Of a DNA stretch of 54,960 nucleotides, positions 38,741 to 48,180 are shown piece by piece. The stretch lies in contig JAERTB010000009.1 of NCBI GenBank assembly GCA_016845225.1, positions 1 through 54,960 of the forward strand, in the 5' to 3' direction. Origin of the DNA: Candidatus Woesearchaeota archaeon (GTDB taxonomy: Archaea; Nanobdellota; Nanobdellia; SCGC-AAA011-G17; UBA489). The position numbers and the translations under genes are program-made. The notes beneath the pieces were generated by a model. It ran no database searches. It saw nothing but the letters and a program-made list of their open reading frames with translations, and was not told the DNA's origin. How positions within the stretch are numbered: position 1 is the first letter of the stretch; every line of letters begins with the position of its first letter.

Positions 38741-39106
38741 ATGCCACCGCCAAAAAAGAAACCTTTCAAAAAAAGTTTCAAAAAAAACAAGAATGCTCCT
38801 CCTACAGAAGAGGTTTTTAGAGTAAAAACTCCCAGAGGTAGAGAAGTATTTGGAATAATTGAACAAAGAATGGGTGGTTCTAAACTAAGAGTTAGGTGTT
38901 TAGATGGTAAACAACGTCTATGTAGGATCCCTGGCAGAATGAAGAGGAGATTATGGGTAAGAGAAGGAGATACCGTAATTGTTGAGCCCTGGGAGCTAGG
39001 CGGAGATGAAAAAGGAGACATTATCTATAAGTATAGGCCTAATCAAGTAGCTTGGTTAAGAAAAAGGAATTTAATAACAGACATAGAAGATTCTGAAGAA
39101 TTTTAG
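38741..39106 (+). CDS. eif1a: translation initiation factor 1A with a Lys-rich N-terminal extension
   Basis: S1-like core GIIEQRMGGSKLRVRCLDGKQRLCRIPGRMKRRLWVREGD. Confidence 0.9.
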   Translation: MPPPKKKPFKKSFKKNKNAPPTEEVFRVKTPRGREVFGIIEQRMGGSKLRVRCLDGKQRLCRIPGRMKRRLWVREGDTVIVEPWELGGDEKGDIIYKYRPNQVAWLRKRNLITDIEDSEEF

Positions 39107-39115
39107 TGCAGCAAA

Positions 39116-39631
39116 ATGTATTCTCAAGAACTTAAAATCCCTCAAAAAAGAATAGCAGTCTTAATTGGCAAAAAGGGAGAAACCAAAAAGTTACTAGAAA
39201 GAAAAACGAAAACAAATATTCATGTAACTAAAGAAGGCGAAGTAACAATCACTAGTGAAGATAATATACATTCATTTAATGCACAACCAATTATTTCTGC
39301 AATAGCAAGAGGATTTAATCCAGAAGTTGCTTTAATGCTGTTAGATGAATCATTTGGATTCGAATTAGTTTCTATCAAACAATTTTCAAGAAATGAAAAA
39401 GACTTACTTAGAATTAGATCAAGAATAATTGGAACAAATGGAAAGGCAAGAAAAATGTTAGAAACATTAACAGAAACTTTTATTTCAGTGTATGGAAAAA
39501 CCGTTGCAATTATTGGCAAAACAGAAAAAATAGATTTAGCAAAGAGAGCAATTGAAAAACTTTTAGGCGGAGCACCGCATGGAAACGTATATCAATTTAT
39601 TGAAATGCAAAAGAAGTCAGATTTAATTTAA
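39116..39631 (+). CDS. KH-domain RNA-binding protein (Dim2/Pno1-like)
   Basis: Two KH-like modules (IAVLIGKKGETKK and IIGTNGKARK). The position after aIF-1A is typical in archaea. Confidence 0.8.
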   Translation: MYSQELKIPQKRIAVLIGKKGETKKLLERKTKTNIHVTKEGEVTITSEDNIHSFNAQPIISAIARGFNPEVALMLLDESFGFELVSIKQFSRNEKDLLRIRSRIIGTNGKARKMLETLTETFISVYGKTVAIIGKTEKIDLAKRAIEKLLGGAPHGNVYQFIEMQKKSDLI

Positions 39632-39643
39632 ATCACAACAATA

Positions 39644-39651
39644 TTTATAAA
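39644..39651 (+). promoter_or_regulatory. TATA box of the top6B-top6A operon
   Basis: tttataaa lies 24 nt before the ATG at 39675. Confidence 0.6.
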
Positions 39652-39674
39652 CTAATTTTAAAAACTATCTTCGA

Positions 39675-41261
39675 ATGGTTACTAAGAGTTCTAAAAATGA
39701 AACAAATGCTGAGAGATTAGCTAAGGAACAAAAAGCAATTTCAGTATCACAATTCTTCGAACGTAACAGACATTTACTTGGTTTTGATAATCCATTAAAA
39801 GCACTTTCAACAACAATCAAAGAATTGGTAGATAATGCTTTAGATGCATGTCAAGAAATAACTGTTCTTCCAGAAATTTTAGTTCAAATTCAAGAAAAAG
39901 ATAAGAAAAATGGAAGATATGTAATCATTGTAGAAGATAATGGTCCAGGAATTGTTAAAGAACAGATTCCAAAGGTTTTTGCAAAATTATTGTATGGTTC
40001 TAAGTTCTCAAAAATGAAACAATCCAGAGGACAGCAAGGAATAGGAGTTTCAGCGTCTGTACTTTATGGTCAGTTAACAACAGGAAAATCCTCAAAGATT
40101 ACATCCAAAACAGGAAAAAACAAACCTGCACATTTTTACGAATTACATATTGATATTAATCACAATGAACCTGAAATTATTCAGGATAAAATAATTGAAT
40201 GGTCGGTTAAAGATCATGGGACAAGAGTAGAAATAGAACTAGAAGGAAAATACCAAAGGGGAAGATTAAGTGTGGAAGAATATGTTAGGCAAACTGCAAT
40301 TTCAAATCCTCACGCACAAATCACTTTTATAGCTCCAGATAATGAAGTAACAAAATACAAAAGAGTAACAGAAGTACTTCCAAAAGAACCTAAAGAAATC
40401 AAACCACATCCTTATGGAGTAGAGTTGGGTGTATTAATCAGAATGTTTAAAGCAACAAAGGCTAAAACACTTCAACATTTTTTTACTACGGAATTCTCAA
40501 GAGTTTCTCCTCAAGTAGTAAAAGAGATTTGTAAAAAATCGGGAGTTCCTCCAACAACAAAAACGCAAACAATTAATCATCAGGAAGCAAGCAAGATTTT
40601 TGAAGCAATTAAATCAACAAAGATAATGGCTCCCCCAACAAATTGTCTTTCTCCCATCACTGAAGAAATTTTACTAAAAGGATTAAAAAAAGAAGTTTCT
40701 GCAGAATTTTATACATCTACAACAAGACCTCCCACAGTATATAGGGGAATGCCTTTCCAAATAGAATGCGGATTTGCATATGGTGGAGATCTAAAAGCAG
40801 ATGAATTAGCAAAAGTAATGAGATTTGCAAATAGGGTACCATTACAGTATATGCAATCAGCTTGCGCAATTTCAAAATCAACATTGCAAACTGCATGGAA
40901 GAACTATGGACTTTCTCAATCAAAAGGAGCCTTGCCTTCAGCACCAATAGTAATAGCTGTACATATAGCATCTGTATGGGTTCCATTTACTTCAGAATCT
41001 AAAGAAGCAATTGCACACTATCCAGAAATCATTAAAGAAATCAAATTAGCAATTCAAGAATGTGGAAGAAAATTGGGTGTGTACCTAAGAAGGAAGAAAA
41101 GAGATGCAGAAACAGAAAGGAAGAAATCTTACATTATTAAATATATTCCTCACGTGGGGGACGCATTACAAGAAATTTTAGAAATTACAGATACACAAAA
41201 AGAAAAAGTTCAAAAATTATTAAAGGCTAAATTTGAATCTCCTCCGGAGGAACAGAAATGA
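39675..41261 (+). CDS. top6B: DNA topoisomerase VI subunit B
   Basis: GHKL ATPase motifs (ELVDNALDA, DNGPGI, GQQGIG). Confidence 0.95.
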   Translation: MVTKSSKNETNAERLAKEQKAISVSQFFERNRHLLGFDNPLKALSTTIKELVDNALDACQEITVLPEILVQIQEKDKKNGRYVIIVEDNGPGIVKEQIPKVFAKLLYGSKFSKMKQSRGQQGIGVSASVLYGQLTTGKSSKITSKTGKNKPAHFYELHIDINHNEPEIIQDKIIEWSVKDHGTRVEIELEGKYQRGRLSVEEYVRQTAISNPHAQITFIAPDNEVTKYKRVTEVLPKEPKEIKPHPYGVELGVLIRMFKATKAKTLQHFFTTEFSRVSPQVVKEICKKSGVPPTTKTQTINHQEASKIFEAIKSTKIMAPPTNCLSPITEEILLKGLKKEVSAEFYTSTTRPPTVYRGMPFQIECGFAYGGDLKADELAKVMRFANRVPLQYMQSACAISKSTLQTAWKNYGLSQSKGALPSAPIVIAVHIASVWVPFTSESKEAIAHYPEIIKEIKLAIQECGRKLGVYLRRKKRDAETERKKSYIIKYIPHVGDALQEILEITDTQKEKVQKLLKAKFESPPEEQK

Positions 41262-42379
41262 CTCCAAAAAAAACAACTAAAAAATTAGACAAAGTTTCTA
41301 AGGATACAATTAACTTAATTGATGGTTCTGCTAAAGATACTTATGAAAAAATAATTAAAAATAAAACGCCTGAAATGAATTTTCCAATCAGGTCATTAAG
41401 TAATGTAAAATATGATCCTAAGAAAGGATTCTTTGAACTTTTGGGGAAATTAAAAACAAGAACATTAAATGTTAATACAATCAAAGCATTCGCGCAAACG
41501 TTGAGAATGATGAAACTCTCTAAAGATTTGATTTCTGCAGAGGATATTGCAACTAAAAGAGAAGCATATTATGTTTCTAAAAACTGGGGAGATGCAAGAT
41601 TCAAAGAACAACCAGAGTCAGACACAGTTATGGATGATATCGAAGCTATGTTTGGAGTAAATAGAGAAAAATTAGGTTTTATTCCAGAAGAAAAAGGCGG
41701 AGCAGTTGCAGGTAAATTAGTAGTAGTAGATAAAGATAAAGATTCTGGAAAAGAAATTAAAATTGATTGTACTAAATTCGGTTCAGGTGCATATTCAGTA
41801 CCTACTTCTGTAGAACATTTAAAATTTGAAACAAAGGCAAAATTTATTTTAGCAATTGAAACTTCAGGTATGTTTGAGAGATTAAACAAACATGGTTATT
41901 GGAAAAAAGCAAATTGTATTTTGATTTCAATGGGCGGAGTTCCGACAAGAGCCTGTAGGAGATTTATCAGAAGACTTTCAGACGAAAAGAAAATTCCAGT
42001 TTATGCATTCTGTGATGGAGATATGTATGCATTTTTTAATATCTATAGAACATTAAAAGTAGGATCGGGAAATGCGGCGCACCTAAACGAATACTTTTGC
42101 GTACCTAAAGCAAGATTTATTGGAATCACTCCCCAAGATATTGTAGATTACAAATTGCCAACACATCCATTAAAAGATATTGATGTTAAAAGAGCAAAGG
42201 ACGCACTAAAAAATGATCCTTTCGTAAAACAACACAAGGCGTGGCAAAAAGCAATTCAGCAACAAGTAAAATCTGGTCAACGTGCAGAACAGCAAGCACT
42301 TGCTAAATGGGGACTAAACTATGTAATGGATAAATATTTGCCAGACAAATTAAAATCAGATAAAACTTGGTTGCCGTGA
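41258..42379 (+). CDS. top6A: DNA topoisomerase VI subunit A (Spo11 family)
   Basis: REAYYVS catalytic Tyr region and Toprim ILAIETSGMF ... CDGDMYA. ATGA overlap with top6B. Confidence 0.95.
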   Translation: MTPKKTTKKLDKVSKDTINLIDGSAKDTYEKIIKNKTPEMNFPIRSLSNVKYDPKKGFFELLGKLKTRTLNVNTIKAFAQTLRMMKLSKDLISAEDIATKREAYYVSKNWGDARFKEQPESDTVMDDIEAMFGVNREKLGFIPEEKGGAVAGKLVVVDKDKDSGKEIKIDCTKFGSGAYSVPTSVEHLKFETKAKFILAIETSGMFERLNKHGYWKKANCILISMGGVPTRACRRFIRRLSDEKKIPVYAFCDGDMYAFFNIYRTLKVGSGNAAHLNEYFCVPKARFIGITPQDIVDYKLPTHPLKDIDVKRAKDALKNDPFVKQHKAWQKAIQQQVKSGQRAEQQALAKWGLNYVMDKYLPDKLKSDKTWLP

Positions 42380-42422
42380 TTAGGTAAAAAGTTAAAAACC
42401 CCAGTTCTAGAGTTTTTTTAAA

Positions 42423-43121
42423 ATGACAGAGAATAAAATTAAGGCAGTGTTATTTGATTTAGATATGACTCTATTAGATTTATTCACTCCTAAGGACGAA
42501 GCAATCAAAGCAGCATTAAATGCAATGATGGATGCAGGATTAGACATGGGTAAAGAAGAGGCTTTTGATAAGTTAAAACAAGAATATTACAAAGATTTTG
42601 AAGGGCCATTAGTAATTTCTAATTTTTTAAGAAATATTAATCAATATCATCCAAAAATTTTAGCAGCGGCAATTAATTCGTATAGAACCACAAAGGCAGA
42701 ATTATTAAAACCTTACCCTGAAGTAATAGATACATTAACAAAATTAAAAGCCAAGGGGCTAAAATTAGCAATTGTAACAGATGCACCTATTCTAAAAGCA
42801 TATAGGAGATTAGATTCTGTAGGTGTAACGGAATTTTTTGATGTAGTGGTAACCACTACAGATACTGGTAAGAAAAAACCTTCTCCAGAACCATTTAATG
42901 AAGCACTAAAGAGGTTGAATTTAACCAAAGAAGAGGCAGTTCACGTAGGAGATTGGCCAGAAAGAGACATAAAAGGTGCAAATGAACTAGGAATGCTATC
43001 AGTACATGCAAAATACGGAGATATCTTCTCAGATAGTTCTTACAAAGGTAAGGCAGATTATGAATTAGATTCATTTAGTGAATTACTTGGAGTAGTCCAC
43101 ACAATTAATCAAAAGGCTTAA
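42423..43121 (+). CDS. HAD-superfamily phosphatase
   Basis: DLDMT motif I, VTDA motif II, KKKP and GDW..D motifs III/IV. Confidence 0.8.
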   Translation: MTENKIKAVLFDLDMTLLDLFTPKDEAIKAALNAMMDAGLDMGKEEAFDKLKQEYYKDFEGPLVISNFLRNINQYHPKILAAAINSYRTTKAELLKPYPEVIDTLTKLKAKGLKLAIVTDAPILKAYRRLDSVGVTEFFDVVVTTTDTGKKKPSPEPFNEALKRLNLTKEEAVHVGDWPERDIKGANELGMLSVHAKYGDIFSDSSYKGKADYELDSFSELLGVVHTINQKA

Positions 43122-43183
43122 AAATAAGCCTAATTATGCTCTAGTATTCAAATTAGTGAATAAAAGGGGTTCTAGAAAATAAA

Positions 43184-44803
43184 ATGACTCAAAATAATCC
43201 AAATCAACCAATATACATACTTCCTGAAGGACATTCAAGAACAGTAGGAAGAGACGCACAAAGAAATAATATTCTAGCAGCTAAAATCGTAGCAGAAACA
43301 GTAAGAACTACTTTGGGTCCAAAAGGAATGGACAAAATGCTTGTAGACTCCATGGGGGACGTAATAGTAACCAATGACGGGGTAACAATTCTAAAAGAAA
43401 TGCAAATTGAACATCCTGCAGCAAAAATGATCGTAGAAGTTGCTAAAACTCAAGAAGAAGAAGTTGGAGATGGAACCACCACGGCAGTAGTTCTTGCAGG
43501 AGAATTCCTAAAAAATGCTGAATCATTAATAGAAAAGAATATTCATCCGACTGTAATTTCAAAAGGATATAGATTAGCAGCAGAAAAATCTCAAGAAATT
43601 TTACAAAATATTGCTGAACCTATAACATCAAAAGATAAAGAATTACTAATAAAACTTGCAAATACTGCAATGACAGGTAAAGGTGCAGAATCTTCAAAAG
43701 AATTGCTTGCAGAAATTGTAGTTAATGCAGTAACACAAGTAGAAGAAAATAAAAAAATCAATTCTAAAGACATTAAAGTTGAAAAGAAAGTTGGTTCAGG
43801 AATTGAAGATTCAGAATTAATCAAAGGAATAGTAATTGATAAAGAAAGAGTTCATTCTTCAATGCCAAAGAATTTAGAAAATGTAAATATTTTACTTTTA
43901 GATACTCCAATCGAGGTAAAGGGCACAGAAACAGATGCTAAAATTCAAATCACTTCTCCTGATCAAATGGATGCGTTCCTAAAACAAGAAGAAGTAATGA
44001 TTAAGAAAATGACTGAAAAGATCAAAGAATCTGGTGCAAATGCAGTATTCTGCCAAAAAGGAATTGATGATCTTGCACAATATTACTTAGCTAAGGAAGG
44101 AATCTATGCTGCAAGAAGAGTTAAGAAATCTGACATGGAAAAATTAGCAAGGGCAACTGGTGCATCAATTGTAAATAATATTGAAACCATTTCAAAAGAA
44201 GCAATTGGATTTTCTGGAATTGTTGAAGAATTAAAAGTTGGAGATGAAGAAATGACTTACATTAAAGAATGTAAAAATCCAAAATCTGTAACTATTCTTG
44301 TTAGGGGCGGAACCGAACATGTAGCTGCAGAAGTAGAACGTGCAGTTGAAGATGCAATTGGAGATGTAATCTCTGCGATCAAAGAAGGAAAGGTCGTTGC
44401 AGGTGCAGGGGCTCCAGAAGTAGAACTTTCTAAACAACTAAAAGATTATGCCAACACACTTTCTGGCAGAGAACAATTAGCAGTTAATGCATTTGCAGAA
44501 GCATTAGAAGTAATCCCTAGAACTCTTGCAGAAAATGCAGGATTAGATCCTATAGATGTATTAACCTCATTAAAATCTGGCCATGATAAAAATGAAAAAT
44601 TTGCAGGAATAAACGTATTCACTGGAAAAGTAATGGACTCCTGGGAAGCAGGTGTTTTAGAACCATTAAAGATCAAAACGCAAGCAGTTAAATCTGCATC
44701 AGAAGTTACAGAATTGATTCTTAGAATTGACGATGTAATTGCAAGTGGAGAATCTTCTCGTCCTGCAATGCCTCCGGGAGGCATGCCTGGAATGGGTATG
44801 TAA
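43184..44803 (+). CDS. ths: thermosome (group II chaperonin) subunit
   Basis: [16 protein letters not shown], and a GGMPGMGM tail. Confidence 0.95.
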   Translation: MTQNNPNQPIYILPEGHSRTVGRDAQRNNILAAKIVAETVRTTLGPKGMDKMLVDSMGDVIVTNDGVTILKEMQIEHPAAKMIVEVAKTQEEEVGDGTTTAVVLAGEFLKNAESLIEKNIHPTVISKGYRLAAEKSQEILQNIAEPITSKDKELLIKLANTAMTGKGAESSKELLAEIVVNAVTQVEENKKINSKDIKVEKKVGSGIEDSELIKGIVIDKERVHSSMPKNLENVNILLLDTPIEVKGTETDAKIQITSPDQMDAFLKQEEVMIKKMTEKIKESGANAVFCQKGIDDLAQYYLAKEGIYAARRVKKSDMEKLARATGASIVNNIETISKEAIGFSGIVEELKVGDEEMTYIKECKNPKSVTILVRGGTEHVAAEVERAVEDAIGDVISAIKEGKVVAGAGAPEVELSKQLKDYANTLSGREQLAVNAFAEALEVIPRTLAENAGLDPIDVLTSLKSGHDKNEKFAGINVFTGKVMDSWEAGVLEPLKIKTQAVKSASEVTELILRIDDVIASGESSRPAMPPGGMPGMGM

Positions 44804-44812
44804 TCCTAAATT

Positions 44813-44820
44813 TTTTATAT
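44813..44820 (+). promoter_or_regulatory. TATA box of the GNAT-like gene
   Basis: ttttatat lies 21 nt before the ATG at 44841. Confidence 0.5.
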
Positions 44821-44840
44821 TTCCTACACTTCATTTTAAT

Positions 44841-45365
44841 ATGTCAAATAAATTAAAAAAAGAAGATATCGGAAGAGTAACGAGATTTCTTAAAAAATAT
44901 TCTACAACAAAAAAAGAGGACAAGTTAAAGGATATTTCAGATTATTTAGAAAAAGGCCATTCTTCAGAAATTCTTTCAGAAGAACATTTTATTTTAGAAA
45001 AAGATAGAAAATTAAATGTTTATGCACACACAATAGTTTACAAAAATAATTTTGCAAGGATAAGAAATTTAGTAGTTTCTGCATATACTACTGAAAGAGA
45101 TTTGGCAGAAATAATGGAAGACTGCATAATTTATTCTAAGACCAATGGATGTAAAACTGTAGAAATTACAATTCAAAGACCATTAGAAAAATTCTTTATC
45201 AATTTAGGTTTTAAAAAAATTGGAGAAAAAATTCCAACCAAAATAATAATGAGTTATCAATTTAAAGAAGACAAACAAATAAGTTTACAAGAAAAATTTC
45301 AAGATGTAGAACTAATGGAAGAAGTTTCTAAAAAAACAGCAGAAAAGCTTAGATCTCAAATTTAA
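44841..45365 (+). CDS. GNAT-fold-like protein (degenerate acetyl-CoA motif)
   Basis: ARIRNLVV...CKTVEITIQ...FFINLGFKKIGE resembles the GNAT beta4-alpha3-beta5 region. Start set to ATG 44841, 21 nt after a TATA box. Confidence 0.4.
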   Translation: MSNKLKKEDIGRVTRFLKKYSTTKKEDKLKDISDYLEKGHSSEILSEEHFILEKDRKLNVYAHTIVYKNNFARIRNLVVSAYTTERDLAEIMEDCIIYSKTNGCKTVEITIQRPLEKFFINLGFKKIGEKIPTKIIMSYQFKEDKQISLQEKFQDVELMEEVSKKTAEKLRSQI

Positions 45366-45422
45366 CCCATAATTTTATAAAGTTTATAAGTAATAATCTA
45401 AACTAGATTAAAAGAGGTAAAA

Positions 45423-45770
45423 ATGCCAAGAAAAAAAGAGTCTCCATCGGAACCATTAATTGATGAATTAATCAAACATAATCTTTCTCTAGAAAAAGTA
45501 TCTTTGGAACTTTTAGAATCTGTCAATAAGATGACTAGGAGAATGGATAGGATGCTTTCATTATTTGAAGAAGCAGCAAAAAATATTGAACAATCGGAAC
45601 ATTTAGATGAAACTCCTATGGCTCATAAAATTGAAAGTCTAATAGAACAAAATAAAACAATAGCAAGAGGTTTACTTTTAATTGAAAAATATGTTAGGGA
45701 TAAAACCTCTGTAGGATTTAATCCTTCTAATGTTGAGCCAAAACCTCTTCCTAAAGTAGAATTGGAATAA
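45423..45770 (+). CDS. hypothetical helical protein
   Basis: ATG ORF preceded by the SD AGAGGT. TAATG coupling to the next gene. No family recognised. Confidence 0.5.
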   Translation: MPRKKESPSEPLIDELIKHNLSLEKVSLELLESVNKMTRRMDRMLSLFEEAAKNIEQSEHLDETPMAHKIESLIEQNKTIARGLLLIEKYVRDKTSVGFNPSNVEPKPLPKVELE

Positions 45771-46774
45771 TGGCAACAAAAGAAATAGCGTATATCTATA
45801 ATAAAGAATTAGAAAAATTAAACAATCAAACAGGTAAACTTCTATTTAATATTCAACATCCTTTAGCAGGCAAGAATATTAATCTGCTAAAAACATTTAC
45901 TAAAGAATTAATCAAGGCACATTCTAAAAAGTCAAGACATAAAATTAAAAGAGAATTGCCAGAAGATTCATTAGTGTATTCAAATGAGGATTTAGAATCT
46001 ACTTTTCTCGATTTAGATATCCCTTTACCAGAGCTAGAGCCATCAATGTCTCCAGAAGAGTTAATTTCCACAGATATTGATAAGTTGCTAGATTTAACAG
46101 AATCTTCTCCAGAAAAAATTCCTTTAGGTCTTCCAGATTTAAAACCAGAGAAAATGATTGTGCCTCCAACATTAAAAAAAGAAGAAGCTATTGAAATTCC
46201 TAAAGACAAAATTCCTTTAATTACTTCAAGCATAACTGATGAAGTAATGGCTTCAGGAATCAAAAATGGAATGTTTTTCATTATAGATGAAATAGAATTA
46301 AGTAAGGGGGAAATCGAGGTACTAAATAAATTAAAACCATTAATTATCAAAAAAGAATCTTTATTATCAAATAAAAATAAGTTTACCAAATTAATGGAAA
46401 AGCTAGCAAAAAAGAGCAAGGTAGATGTTGCAGATTTAAGTCCATCTAAAATGAGGTATTTTTTAATTAAACACATAATTAATTTTGGATTAATAGATCC
46501 ATTGTTTCACGATCCGCTAATCTCAAAGATAATTTGTGATGGCCCAAATTTAAAAATAAGGATTGTAAGAAATAATGAAAGGTTAATTACAAATTTAGAA
46601 TATGGGTCACATTCACAATTAAACAATTTCTTAATTAAGTTAGCAAAGAAAACTAAAAACAGTCTAACAGAAGAACACCCTTTCTTTGAAGCACAATTAG
46701 ACAATTTCAAAATTCATGGAACTCTTGGAACCTCAGGAATTCCTACAAAATATACTATTGAAAGATTAATTTAA
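45770..46774 (+). CDS. protein ending in a FlaI/PilB-type secretion-ATPase N-terminal domain; no ATPase domain
   Basis: C-terminal GLIDPLFHDPLISKIICDGPNLKIRIV...EHPFFEAQLDNFKIHGTLG...KYTIERLI matches the T2SSE_N pattern. The ORF stops where the Walker A domain normally begins. Confidence 0.55.
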   Translation: MATKEIAYIYNKELEKLNNQTGKLLFNIQHPLAGKNINLLKTFTKELIKAHSKKSRHKIKRELPEDSLVYSNEDLESTFLDLDIPLPELEPSMSPEELISTDIDKLLDLTESSPEKIPLGLPDLKPEKMIVPPTLKKEEAIEIPKDKIPLITSSITDEVMASGIKNGMFFIIDEIELSKGEIEVLNKLKPLIIKKESLLSNKNKFTKLMEKLAKKSKVDVADLSPSKMRYFLIKHIINFGLIDPLFHDPLISKIICDGPNLKIRIVRNNERLITNLEYGSHSQLNNFLIKLAKKTKNSLTEEHPFFEAQLDNFKIHGTLGTSGIPTKYTIERLI

Positions 46775-47754
46775 TCTTTCCAATTAACTAAAACATCATC
46801 AGTTCTTTCATAAGGAAAAATATCTGCCTTTTTCTCCACAGTTCCTGCTTCATGTTCTAAAATTCCTTGATATGCAATCATTGCACCATTATCTACAAGT
46901 AAACCTTTAGGAGGAACAAAGCATTTTGCATCTCTTTCTTTACACATTTTACCTGCCATTTCTTGTAACTTGCTATTACATGCAACTCCTCCCCCAAGTA
47001 ATAGTTCCTTTTTCCCACAATGAGCCATAGCACGTTCTGCAACCTCTATCAACATTGCAAATGCAGTTTCTTGTAGCGAATAAGAAAGGCCTTCAAGAGT
47101 AAATTTTTCAGAATCATGTTTATTTTTCAAATTTGTCAACAATCCAGATAAGGATATGTCCATTCCCTTAACACTATATGGCAGTTCAACATAATCTCCT
47201 GTATAGTCTTTGGCAAGACCTTCTATTTTTGGCCCTCCTGGAAATCCTAATCCAACATATCTTGCAAATGAGTCTAAAAAATTTCCAATTCCTTGATCTA
47301 AAGTTTCTCCAAATACTCTATATTTTCCGCCCTCATAAGCAATAACTTGCGTATTTGCCCCAGAAGCATATAGCATCACAGGATCTTTTACAGGAGTAAC
47401 TAAGCTGCCAACAGATAAATGGGATACGCAATGGTTGATTCCAATACAAGGAACATTCAAACTTTTTGCAACTTCAACAGCCGCATTTTTTCCAACTTGC
47501 AAACACGGACCAATACCTGGGCCCCTAGAATAAGAGACCAAATCAATTTTCCCATTGCCAAGTTTTTCAAACTCTTCGATAGCAGTTTTGATTAACTTAT
47601 CTTTAACATTTTTGTGATGGTTTGCCGCATCTGTTGGAATTATTCCTCCAGATTCAGTAGTATACGCTTCTCTTAAATTTACAAGAACATTTTTTTTACT
47701 AACAATTCCAACACCAAATGTATGTGCCGTACTTTCAATACCTAAACAAATCAT
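46771..47754 (-). CDS. kae1: tRNA N6-adenosine threonylcarbamoyltransferase Kae1 (no Bud32 fusion)
   Basis: MICLGIESTAHTFG, HCVSH and GGGVACN motifs. Start placed at ATG 47754; the track uses TTG at 47763. Confidence 0.95.
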   Translation of the reverse strand: MICLGIESTAHTFGVGIVSKKNVLVNLREAYTTESGGIIPTDAANHHKNVKDKLIKTAIEEFEKLGNGKIDLVSYSRGPGIGPCLQVGKNAAVEVAKSLNVPCIGINHCVSHLSVGSLVTPVKDPVMLYASGANTQVIAYEGGKYRVFGETLDQGIGNFLDSFARYVGLGFPGGPKIEGLAKDYTGDYVELPYSVKGMDISLSGLLTNLKNKHDSEKFTLEGLSYSLQETAFAMLIEVAERAMAHCGKKELLLGGGVACNSKLQEMAGKMCKERDAKCFVPPKGLLVDNGAMIAYQGILEHEAGTVEKKADIFPYERTDDVLVNWKD

Positions 47755-47755
47755 T

Positions 47756-48145
47756 TTAATCAAATTTTATTCTACTTATTTTAATTGCATCATACAATTT
47801 CATATAATCTTTCTGACTTTTACCGAGTCTCATAAACCTGTAATTTTCACAAAGTTTAGAAAAGTGACTAAATAATCTTTCCTCTATTTTCTCAAGATTC
47901 AAGAATTTTTTAATAAATAAAGTATCCAACAAATTATCTTCATCAACTTCTTGTTCACCTTTGGATTTTACATAGTTGATAATACTCATAGCTAATGATT
48001 CACACTTTCTACTTAAATCAAAATTACCTGTTTCAATTGTTTTTTCTCCATTAATTGAATAAGAAACCTTAATTTTAGCAATTCCTGTAGTTGGTTTAAA
48101 TTCCACCATTTCAAGGCCATGGAATTGAAGCGTAATTTCTTTCAT
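47756..48145 (-). CDS. hypothetical protein tightly coupled to kae1
   Basis: 129-aa ATG ORF. Its stop lies 1 nt before the kae1 ATG. Predicted beta-rich N-terminal half and helical C-terminal half. No family recognised. Confidence 0.55.
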   Translation of the reverse strand: MKEITLQFHGLEMVEFKPTTGIAKIKVSYSINGEKTIETGNFDLSRKCESLAMSIINYVKSKGEQEVDEDNLLDTLFIKKFLNLEKIEERLFSHFSKLCENYRFMRLGKSQKDYMKLYDAIKISRIKFD

Positions 48146-48180
48146 ATTAATCTAAGTATCTTATATAATTTAAGTTTTAT

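Noticed and set aside
43114-43131. Perfect hairpin AGGCTTA-AAAA-TAAGCCT overlapping the HAD gene stop codon
   Set aside because: It is not followed by an oligo-T tract. Archaeal termination does not require hairpins. A short stem like this in AT-rich DNA is plausibly chance.
45853-46476. 207-aa minus-strand ORF
   Set aside because: It is antisense to the 45770-46774 gene. The plus-strand product has the genome-typical K/E-rich composition and a recognisable T2SSE_N-like domain. The minus-strand product is a low-complexity S/F/L artefact.
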